Assembly: GCA_964016885.1 (NCBI GenBank)
Contig: OZ024751.1
Location: 45,942,001 to 46,006,000 of the forward strand
Direction of reading: 5' to 3'
DNA: 64,000 nt
From: Eledone cirrhosa
Taxonomy: Eukaryota
Shown here: positions 1-11,700 of the stretch, piece by piece
Layout of the letters: each line of letters opens with the position of its first letter
How positions within the stretch are numbered: the first letter of the stretch is position 1
Translations under genes and position numbers: made by a program
The notes under the pieces: model-generated
Database searches by the model: none
Told to the model about the DNA's origin: nothing
The model's input: only the letters and a program-made list of their open reading frames with translations

Positions 1-615
1 TATGGAGTCCTCTATGACAATACAACTAACTGTAGGCTGTGTATGAAGTCCTCTATGACAATACAACAAACTGTAGGCTGTGTATGGAGTCCTCTATGAC
101 AATACAACTAACTGTAGGGTGTGTATGGAGTCCTCTATGACGATACAACTAACTGTAGGGTGTGTATGGAGTCCTCTATGACAATACAACTAACTGTAGG
201 CTGTGTATGGAGTCCTCTATGACAATACAATTAACTGTAGGGTGTGTATGGAGTCCTCTATGACAATACAACTAACTGTAGGGTGTGTATGGAGTCCTCT
301 ATGACAATACAACAAACTGTAGGCTGTGTATGGAGTCCTCTATGACAATACAACTAACTGTAGACTGTGTATGGAGTCCTCTATGACAATACACCTAACT
401 GTAGGGTGTGTATGGAGTCCTCTATGGCAATACAACTAACTGTAGACTGTGTATGGAGTCCTCTATGACAATACACCTAACTGTAGGGTGTGTATGGAGT
501 CCTCTATGACGATACAACTAACTGTAGGGTGTGTATGGAGTCCTCTATGACAATACAACTAACTGTAGGCTGTGTATGGAGTCATCTATGACAATACACC
601 TAACTGTAGGGTGTG

Positions 616-861
616 TATGGAGTCCTCTATGGCAATACAACTAACTGTAGACTGTGTATGGAGTCCTCTATGACAATACACCTAACTGTAGGGTGTGTAT
701 GGAGTCCTCTATGGCAATACAACTAACTGTAGACTGTGTATGGAGTCCTCTATGACAATACACCTAACTGTAGGGTGTGTATGGAGTCCTCTATGGCAAT
801 ACAACTAACTGTAGACTGTGTATGGAGTCCTCTATGACAATACACCTAACTGTAGGGTGTG
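616..861. repeat. Local 82-bp dimeric higher-order repeat, 3 copies
   Basis: A unit with GGCAAT...TAGAC alternates with a unit with CACCT...TAGGG. The same run recurs near 6028, 10784, 11809, 14679, 16524 and 20296. Confidence 0.85.
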
Positions 862-1476
862 TATGGAGTCCTCTATGACAATACACCTAACTGTAGGGTG
901 TGTATGGAGTCCTCTATGACAATACAACTAACTGTAGGGTGTGTATGGAGTACTCTATGACAATACACCTAACTGTAGGCTGTGTATGGAGTCCTCTATG
1001 AAAATACAACTAACTGTAGACTGTGTATGGAGTCCTCTATGACAATACACCTAACTGTAGGGTGTGTATGGAGTCCTCTATGACAATACAACTAACTGTA
1101 GGCTGTGTATGGAGTCCTCTATGAAAATACAACTAACTGTAGGCTGTGTATGGAGTCCTCTATGAAAATACAACTAACTGTAGACTGTGTATGGAGTCCT
1201 CTATGACAATACACCTAACTGTAGGGTGTGTATGGAGTCCTCCATGACAATACAACTAACTGTAGGCTGTGTATGGAGTCCTCTATGACAATACAACTAA
1301 CTGTTGACTGTGTATGGAGTCCTCTATGACAATACAAGTAACTGTAGGCTGTGTATGGAGTCCTCTATGACAATACAACTAACTGTAGGCTGTGTATGGA
1401 GTCCTCTATGACAATACAACTAACTGTAGGCTGTGTATGGAGTCCTCTATGACAATACAACTAACTGTAGGCTGTG

Positions 1477-4400
1477 TATGGAGTCCTCTATGACAATACA
1501 ACTAACTGTAGTCTGTGTGTGGAGTCCTCTATGACAATACAACTAACTGTAGGGTCTGTATGGAGTCCTCTATGACAATACAACTAACTGTAGGGTGTGT
1601 ATGGAGTCCTCTATGGCAATACAACTAACTGTAGGGTGTGTATGGAGTCCTCTATGACAATACAACTAACTGTAGGCTGTGTATGGAGTCCTCTATGACA
1701 ATACAAGTAACTGTAGGCTGTGTATGGAGTCCTCTATGACAATACGACTAACTGTAGGGTGTGTATGGAGTCCTCTATGACAATACAACTAACTGTAGGG
1801 TGTGTATGGAGTCCTCTATGACAATACACCTAACTGTAGGCTGTGTATGGAGTCCTCCATGACAATACAACTAACTGTAGGCTGTGTATGGAGTCCTCTA
1901 TGACAATACAACTAACTGTAGGCTGTGTATGGAGTCCTCCATGACAATACAACTAACTGTAGGCTGTGTATGGAGTCCTCTATGACAATACAACTAACTG
2001 TAGGCTGTGTATGGAGTCCTCTATAACAATACACCTAACTGTAGGCTGTGTATGGAGTCCTCCATGACAATACAACTAACTGTAGGCTGTGTATGGAGTC
2101 CTCTATGACAATACAACTAACTGTAGGCTGTGTATGGAGTCCTCTATGACAATACAACTAACTGTAGGCTGTGTATGGAGTCCTCTATGACAATACAACT
2201 AACTGTAGGCTGTGTATGGAGTCCTCTATGACAATACAACTAACTGTAGGGTCTGTATCGAGTCCTCTATGACAATACAACTAACTGTAGGGTCTGTATG
2301 GAGTCCTCTATGACAATACAACTAACTGTAGGCTGTGTATGGAGTCCTCTATGGCAATACAACTAACTGTAGGCTGTGTATTGAGTCCTCTATGACAATA
2401 GAACTAACTGTAGGGTGTGTATGGAGTCCTCTATGACAATACAACTAACTGTAGGCTGTGTATGGAGTCCTCTATGACAATACAACTAACTGTAGGCTGT
2501 GTATGGAGTCCTCTATGACAATACAACTAACTGTAGGCTGTGTATGAAGTCCTCTATGACAATACAACAAACTGTAGGCTGTGTATGGAGTCCTCTATGA
2601 CAATACAACTAACTGTAGGGTGTGTATGGAGTCCTCTATGACGATACAACTAACTGTAGGGTGTGTATGGAGTCCTCTATGACAATACAACTAACTGTAG
2701 GCTGTGTATGGAGTCCTCTATGACAATACAATTAACTGTAGGGTGTGTATGGAGTCCTCTATGACAATACAACTAACTGTAGGGTGTGTATGGAGTCCTC
2801 TATGACAATACAACAAACTGTAGGCTGTGTATGGAGTTCTCTATGAAAACACAACTAACTGTAGGGTGTGTATGGAGTCCTCTATGGCAATACAACTAAC
2901 TGTAGGCTGTGTATTGAGTCCTCTATGACAATACAACTAACTGTAGGGTGTGTATGGAGTCCTCTATGACAATACAACAAACTGTAGGCTGTGTATGGAG
3001 TCCTCTATGAAAATACAACTAACTGTAGGGTGTGTATGGAGTCCTCTATGACAATACAACTAACTGTAGGGTGTGTATGGAGTCCTCTATGACAATACAA
3101 CTAACTGTAGGGTCTGTATGGAGTCCTCTATGACAATACAACTAACTGTAGGGTGTGTATGGAGTCCTCTATGACAATACAACTAACTGTAGGGTCTATA
3201 TGGAGTCCTCTATGACAATACAACTAACTGTAGGCTGTGTATGGAGTCCTCTATGACAATACAACTAACTGTAGGCTGTGTATGGAGTCCTCTATGACAA
3301 TACAACTAACTGTAGACTGTGTATGGAGTCCTCTATGACAATACAAGTAACTGTAGGCTGTGTATGGAGTCCTCTAAGACAATACAAGTAACTGTAGGCT
3401 GTGTATGGAGTCCTCTATGACAATACAACTAACTGTAGGCTGTGTATGGAGTCCTCTATGACAATACAAGTAACTGTAGACTGTGTATGGAGTCCTCTAT
3501 GACAATACAACTAACTGTAGGCTGTGTATGGAGTCCTCTATGACAATACAAGTAACTGTAGACTGTGTATGGAGTCCTCTATGACAATACAACTAACTGT
3601 AGGGTGTGTATGGAGTCCTCTATGACAATACAACTAACTGTAGGCTGTGTATGGAGTCCTCTATGACAATACAAGTAACTGTAGACTGTGTATGGAGTCC
3701 TCTATGACAATACAACTAACTGTAGGGTGTGTATGGAGTCCTCTATGACAATACAACTAACTGTAGGCTGTGTATGGAGTCCTCTATGACAATACAAGTA
3801 ACTGTAGACTGTGTATGGAGTCCTCTATGACAATACAACTAACTGTAGGGTGTGTATGGAGTCCTCTATGACAATACAACTAACTGTAGGGTGTGTATGG
3901 AGTCCTCTATGACAATACAACTAACTGTAGGGTGTGTATGGAGTCCTCTATGACAATACAACTAACTGTAGGTTATGTATGGAGTCATCTATGACAATAC
4001 AACTAACTGTAGGCTGTGTATGGAGTCCTCTATGACAATACAACTAACTGTAGGCTGAGTATGGAGTCCTCTATGACAATACAACTAACTGTAGGCTGTG
4101 TATGGAGTCCTCTATGACAATACAACTAACTGTAGTCTGTGTGTGGAGTCCTCTATGACAATACAACTAACTGTAGGGTCTGTATGGAGTCCTCTATGAC
4201 AATACAACTAACTGTAGGGTGTGTATGGAGTCCTCTATGGCAATACAACTAACTGTAGGGTGTGTATGGAGTCCTCTATGACAATACAACTAACTGTAGG
4301 CTGTGTATGGAGTCCTCTATGACAATACAAGTAACTGTAGGCTGTGTATGGAGTCCTCTATGACAATACGACTAACTGTAGGGTGTGTATGGAGTCCTCT

Positions 4401-5781
4401 ATGACAATACAACTAACTGTAGGGTGTGTATGGAGTCCTCTATGACAATACACCTAACTGTAGGCTGTGTATGGAGTCCTCCATGACAATACAACTAACT
4501 GTAGGCTGTGTATGGAGTCCTCTATGACAATACAACTAACTGTAGGCTGTGTATGGAGTCCTCCATGACAATACAACTAACTGTAGGCTGTGTATGGAGT
4601 CCTCTATGACAATACAACTAACTGTAGGCTGTGTATGGAGTCCTCTATGACAATACACCTAACTGTAGGCTGTGTATGGAGTCCTCCATGACAATACAAC
4701 TAACTGTAGGCTGTGTATGGAGTCCTCTATGACAATACAACTAACTGTAGGCTGTGTATGGAGTCCTCTATGACAATACAACTAACTGTAGGCTGTGTAT
4801 GGAGTCCTCTATGACAATACAACTAACTGTAGGCTGTGTATGGAGTCCTCTATGACAATACAACTAACTGTAGGGTCTGTATCGAGTCCTCTATGACAAT
4901 ACAACTAACTGTAGGGTCTGTATGGAGTCCTCTATGACAATACAACTAACTGTAGGCTGTGTATGGAGTCCTCTATGGCAATACAACTAACTGTAGGCTG
5001 TGTATTGAGTCCTCTATGACAATAGAACTAACTGTAGGGTGTGTATGGAGTCCTCTATGACAATACAACTAACTGTAGGCTGTGTATGGAGTCCTCTATG
5101 ACAATACAACTAACTGTAGGCTGTGTATGGAGTCCTCTATGACAATACAACTAACTGTAGGCTGTGTATGAAGTCCTCTATGACAATACAACAAACTGTA
5201 GGCTGTGTATGGAGTCCTCTATGACAATACAACTAACTGTAGGGTGTGTATGGAGTCCTCTATGACGATACAACTAACTGTAGGGTGTGTATGGAGTCCT
5301 CTATGACAATACAACTAACTGTAGGCTGTGTATGGAGTCCTCTATGACAATACAATTAACTGTAGGGTGTGTATGGAGTCCTCTATGACAATACAACTAA
5401 CTGTAGGGTGTGTATGGAGTCCTCTATGACAATACAACAAACTGTAGGCTGTGTATGGAGTTCTCTATGAAAACACAACTAACTGTAGGGTGTGTATGGA
5501 GTCCTCTATGGCAATACAACTAACTGTAGGCTGTGTATTGAGTCCTCTATGACAATACAACTAACTGTAGGGTGTGTATGGAGTCCTCTATGACAATACA
5601 ACAAACTGTAGGCTGTGTATGGAGTCCTCTATGAAAATACAACTAACTGTAGGGTGTGTATGGAGTCCTCTATGACAATACAACTAACTGTAGGGTGTGT
5701 ATGGAGTCCTCTATGACAATACAACTAACTGTAGGGTCTGTATGGAGTCCTCTATGACAATACAACTAACTGTAGGGTGTG
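1477..5781. repeat. Duplicated block of about 1.7 kb (1477-3157 and 4101-5781; offset 64 units = 2,624 bp), with a third partial copy at about 7955-9389
   Basis: Rare marker units share the offset: TGTGGAG at 1518/4142, TATCGAG at 2256/4880 (third at 8488), GAGTTCTC...AAACAC at 2830/5454. Confidence 0.85.
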
Positions 5782-8700
5782 TATGGAGTCCTCTATGACA
5801 ATACAACTAACTGTAGGGTGTGTATGGAGTCCTCTATGAAAATACAACAAACTGTAGGCTGTGTATGGAGTCCTCTATGACAATACAACTAACTGTAGGC
5901 TGTGTATGGAGTCCTCTATGAAAATACAACTAACTGTAGGGTGTGTATGGAGTCCTCTATGACAATACAACTAACTGTAGGCAGTGTATGGAGTCATCTA
6001 TGACAATACACCTAACTGTAGGGTGTGTATGGAGTCCTCTATGGCAATACAACTAACTGTAGACTGTGTATGGAGTCCTCTATGACAATACACCTAACTG
6101 TAGGGTGTGTATGGAGTCCTCTATGGCAATACAACTAACTGTAGACTGTGTATGGAGTCCTCTATGACAATACACCTAACTGTAGGGTGTGTATGGAGTC
6201 CTCTATGGCAATACAACTAACTGTAGACTGTGTATGGAGTCCTCTATGACAATACACCTAACTGTAGGGTGTGTATGGAGTCCTCTATGACAATACACCT
6301 AACTGTAGGGTGTCTATGGAGTCCTCTATGACAATACAACTAACTGTAGGCTGTGTATGGAGTCCTCTATGACAATACACCTAACTGTAGGCTGTGTATG
6401 GAGTCCTCTATGAAAATACAACTAACTGTAGACTGTGTATGGAGTCCTCTATGACAATACACCTAACTGTAGGGTGTGTATGGAGTCCTCTATGACAATA
6501 CAACTAACTGTAGGCTGTGTATGGAGTCCTCTATGAAAATACAACTAACTGTAGGCTGTGTATGGAGTCCTCTATGAAAATACAACTAACTGTAGACTGT
6601 GTATGGAGTCCTCTATGACAATACACCTAACTGTAGGCTGTGTATGGAGTCCTCTATGAAAATACAACTAACTGTAGACTGTGTATGGAGTCCTCTATGA
6701 CAATACACCTAACTGTAGGGTGTGTATGGAGTCCTCCATGACAATACAACTAACTGTAGGCTGTGTATGGAGTCCTCTATGACAATACAACTAACTGTAG
6801 ACTGTGTATGGAGTCCTCTATGACAATACAAGTAACTGTAGGCTGTGTATGGAGTCCTCTATGACAATACAACTAACTGTAGGCTGTGTATGGAGTCCTC
6901 TATGACAATACAACTAACTGTAGGCTGTGTATGGAGTCCTCTATGACAATACAACAAACTGTAGGCTGTGTATGGAGTCCTCTATGACGATACAACTAAC
7001 TGTAGGCTGTGTATGGAGTCCTCTATGACAATACAACAAACTGTAGACTGTGTATGGAGTCCTCTATGACGATACAACTAACAGTAGGCTGTGTATGGAG
7101 TCCTCTATGACAATACAACAAACTGTAGGCTGTGTATGGAGTCCTCTATGACGATACAACTAACTGTAGGCTGTGTCTGGAGTCCTCTATGACAATACAA
7201 CTAACTGTACGCTGTGTATGGAGTCCTCTATGAAAATACAACTAACTGTAGGGTGTGTATGGAGTCCTCTATGACAATACAACTAACTGTAGGGTGTGTA
7301 TGGAGTCCTCTATGAAAATACAACTAACTGTAGGGTGTGTATGGAGTCCTCTATGACAATACAACTAACTGTAGGGTGTGTATGGAGTCATCTATGACAA
7401 TACACCTAACTGTAGGCTGTGTATGGAGTCCTCTATGACAATACAACTAACTGTAGGGTGTGTATGGAGTCCTCTATGACAATACAACAAACTGTAGGCT
7501 GTGTATGGAGTCCTCTATGACAATACAACTAACTGTAGGCTGTGTATGGAGTCCTCTATGAAAATACAACTAACTGTAGGGTGTGTATGGAGTCCTCTAT
7601 GACAATACAACTAACTGTAGGCTGTGTATGGAGTCATCTATGACAATACACCTAACTGTAGGGTGTGTATGGAGTCCTCTATGGCAATACAACTAACTGT
7701 AGACTGTGTATGGAGTCCTCTATGACAATACACCTAACTGTAGGGTGTGTATGGAGTCCTCTATGGCAATACAACTAACTGTAGACTGTGTATGGAGTCC
7801 TCTATGACAATACACCTAACTGTAGGGTGTGTATGGAGTCCTCTATGACAATACACCTAACTGTAGGGTGTGTATGGAGTCCTCTATGACAATACAACTA
7901 ACTGTAGGGTGTGTATGGAGTCCTCTATGACAATACACCTAACTGTAGGCTGTGTATGGAGTCCTCTATGACAATACGACTAACTGTAGGGTGTGTATGG
8001 AGTCCTCTATGACAATACAACTAACTGTAGGGTGTGTATGGAGTCCTCTATGACAATACACCTAACTGTAGGCTGTGTATGGAGTCCTCCATGACAATAC
8101 AACTAACTGTAGGCTGTGTATGGAGTCCTCTATGACAATACAACTAACTGTAGGCTGTGTATGGAGTCCTCCATGACAATACAACTAACTGTAGGCTGTG
8201 TATGGAGTCCTCTATGACAATACAACTAACTGTAGGCTGTGTATGGAGTCCTCTATGACAATACACCTAACTGTAGGCTGTGTATGGAGTCCTCCATGAC
8301 AATACAACTAACTGTAGGCTGTGTATGGAGTCCTCTATGACAATACAACTAACTGTAGGCTGTGTATGGAGTCCTCTATGACAATACAACTAACTGTAGG
8401 CTGTGTATGGAGTCCTCTATGACAATACAACTAACTGTAGGCTGTGTATGGAGTCCTCTATGACAATACAACTAACTGTAGGGTCTGTATCGAGTCCTCT
8501 ATGACAATACAACTAACTGTAGGGTCTGTATGGAGTCCTCTATGACAATACAACTAACTGTAGGCTGTGTATGGAGTGCTCTATGGCAATACAACTAACT
8601 GTAGGCTGTGTATTGAGTCCTCTATGACAATAGAACTAACTGTAGGGTGTGTATGGAGTCCTCTATGACAATACAACTAACTGTAGGCTGTGTATGGAGT

Positions 8701-11700
8701 CCTCTATGACAATACAACTAACTGTAGGCTGTGTATGGAGTCCTCTATGACAATACAACTAACTGTAGGCTGTGTATGAAGTCCTCTATGACAATACAAC
8801 AAACTGTAGGCTGTGTATGGAGTCCTCTATGACAATACAACTAACTGTAGGGTGTGTATGGAGTCCTCTATGACGATACAACTAACTGTAGGGTGTGTAT
8901 GGAGTCCTCTATGACAATACAACTAACTGTAGGCTGTGTATGGAGTCCTCTATGACAATACAATTAACTGTAGGGTGTGTATGGAGTCCTCTATGACAAT
9001 ACAACTAACTGTAGGGTGTGTATGGAGTCCTCTATGACAATACAACAAACTGTAGGCTGTGTATGGAGTTCTCTATGAAAACACAACTAACTGTAGGGTG
9101 TGTATGGAGTCCTCTATGGCAATACAACTAACTGTAGGCTGTGTATTGAGTCCTCTATGACAATACAACTAACTGTAGGGTGTGTATGGAGTCCTCTATG
9201 ACAATACAACAAACTGTAGGCTGTGTATGGAGTCCTCTATGAAAATACAACTAACTGTAGGGTGTGTATGGAGTCCTCTATGACAATACAACTAACTGTA
9301 GGGTGTGTATGGAGTCCTCTATGACAATACAACTAACTGTAGGGTCTGTATGGAGTCCTCTATGACAATACAACTAACTGTAGGGTGTGTATGGAGTCCT
9401 CTATGACAATACAACTAACTGTAGGCTGTGTATGGAGTCCTCTATGACAATACAACTAACTGTAGGGTGTGTATGGAGTCCTCTATGACAATACAACTAA
9501 CCGTAGGGTGTGTATGGAGTCCTCTATGACAATACAACTAACTGTAGGGTGTGTATGGAGTCCTCTATGAAAATACAACTAACTGTAGGGTGTGTATGGA
9601 GTCCTCTATGACAATACAACTAACTGTAGGCTGTGTATGGAGTCCTCTATGACAATACAACTAACTGTAGGGTGTGTATGGAGTCCTCTATGACAATACA
9701 ACTAACTGTAGGGTGTGTATGGAGTCCTCTATGACAATACAACTAACTGTAGGGTGTGTATGGAGTCCTCTATGACAATACAACTAACTGAAGGGTGTGT
9801 ATGGAGTCCTCTATGACAATACAACTAACTGTAGGCTGTGTATGGAGTCCTCTATGACAATACAACAAACTGTAGGCTGTGTATGGAGTCCTCTATGACA
9901 ATACAACTAACTGTAGGCTGTGTATGGAGTCCTCTATGACAATACAACTAACTGTAGGCTGTGTATGGAGTCCTCTATGAAAATACAACTAACTGTAGGG
10001 TGTGTATGGAGTCCTCTATGACAATACAACTAACTGTAGGCTGTGTATGGAGTCATCTATGACAATACACCTAACTGTAGGCTGTGTATGGAGTCCTCCA
10101 TGACAATACAACTAACTGTAGGCTGTGTATGGAGTCCTCTATGACAATACAACTAACTGTAGGCTGTGTATGGAGTCCTCTATGACAATACAACTAACTG
10201 TAGGCTGTGTATGGAGTCCTCTATGACAATACAACTAACTGTAGGCTGTGTATGGAGTCCTCTATGACAATACAACTAACTGTAGGGTCTGTATGGAGTC
10301 CTCTATGACAATACAACTAACTGTAGGGTCTGTATGGAGTCCTCTATGACAATACAACTAACTGTAGGGTCTGTATGGAGTCCTCTATGACAATACAACT
10401 AACTGTAGGCTGTGTATGGAGTCCTCTATGGCAATACAACTAACTGTAGGCTGTGTATGGAGTCCTCTATGAAAATACAACTAACTGTAGGGTGTGTATG
10501 GAGTCCTCTATGACAATACAACTAACTGTAGGGTGTGTATGGAGTCATCTATGACAATACACCTAACTGTAGGCTGTGTATGGAGTCCTCTATGACAATA
10601 CAACTAACTGTAGGGTGTGTATGGAGTCCTCTATGACAATACAACTAACTGTAGGCTGTGTATGGAGTCCTCTATGAAAATACAACTAACTGTAGGGTGT
10701 GTATGGAGTCCTCTATGACAATACAACTAACTGTAGGCTGTGTATGGAGTCATCTATGACAATACACCTAACTGTAGGGTGTGTATGGAGTCCTCTATGG
10801 CAATACAACTAACTGTAGACTGTGTATGGAGTCCTCTATGACAATACACCTAACTGTAGGGTGTGTATGGAGTCCTCTATGGCAATACAACTAACTGTAG
10901 ACTGTGTATGGAGTCCTCTATGACAATACACCTAACTGTAGGGTGTGTATGGAGTCCTCTATGGCAATACAACTAACTGTAGACTGTGTATGGAGTCCTC
11001 TATGACAATACACCTAACTGTAGGGTGTGTATGGAGTCCTCTATGACAATACACCTAACTGTAGGGTGTGTATGGAGTCCTCTATGACAATACAACTAAC
11101 TGTAGGGTGTGTATGGAGTCCTCTATGACAATACACCTAACTGTAGGCTGTGTATGGAGTCCTCTATGAAAATACAACTAACTGTAGACTGTGTATGGAG
11201 TCCTCCATGACAATACAACTAACTGTAGGCTGTGTATGGAGTCCTCTATGACAATACAACTAACTGTAGGCTGTGTATGGAGTCCTCTATGACAATACAA
11301 CTAACTGTAGGGTCTGTATGGAGTCCTCTATGACAATACAACTAACTGTAGGGTCTGTATGGAGTCCTCTATGACAATACAACTAACTGTAGGCTGTGTA
11401 TGGAGTCCTCTATGACAATACAACTAACTGTAGGCTGTGTATGGAGTCCTCTATGGCAATACAACTAACTGTAGGCTGTGTATGGAGTCCTCTATGAAAA
11501 TACAACTAACTGTAGGGTGTGTATGGAGTCCTCTATGACAATACAACTAACTGTAGGGTGTGTATGGAGTCATCTATGACAATACACCTAACTGTAGGCT
11601 GTGTATGGAGTCCTCTATGACAATACAACTAACTGTAGGGTGTGTATGGAGTCCTCTATGACAATACAACTAACTGTAGGCTGTGTATGGAGTCCTCTAT

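Noticed and set aside
4-10. GGAGTCC as a Shine-Dalgarno site or operator (contains the HinfI site GANTC)
   Set aside because: There is no meaningful ORF downstream and no prokaryotic context. It is useful only in practice: HinfI should release a 41-bp ladder.
15-35. All three stop codons in the same frame within the monomer
   Set aside because: For three stops this has about a 1-in-9 chance, and there is no coding context to give it meaning.
1-41. Assignment to a named satellite such as avian CNM or PO41
   Set aside because: Only the unit length matches. The monomer lacks the A/T tracts typical of CNM, and I cannot verify homology without a database search.
2-58. Repetitive protein-coding ORF (the ATG at unit position 2 reads MESSMTIQLTVGCVWSPL*)
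   Set aside because: 41 is not a multiple of 3. On the + strand TGA (15), TAA (27) and TAG (33) close every frame within three units, and on the - strand two TAGs per unit do the same. Only ORFs of a few dozen codons exist.
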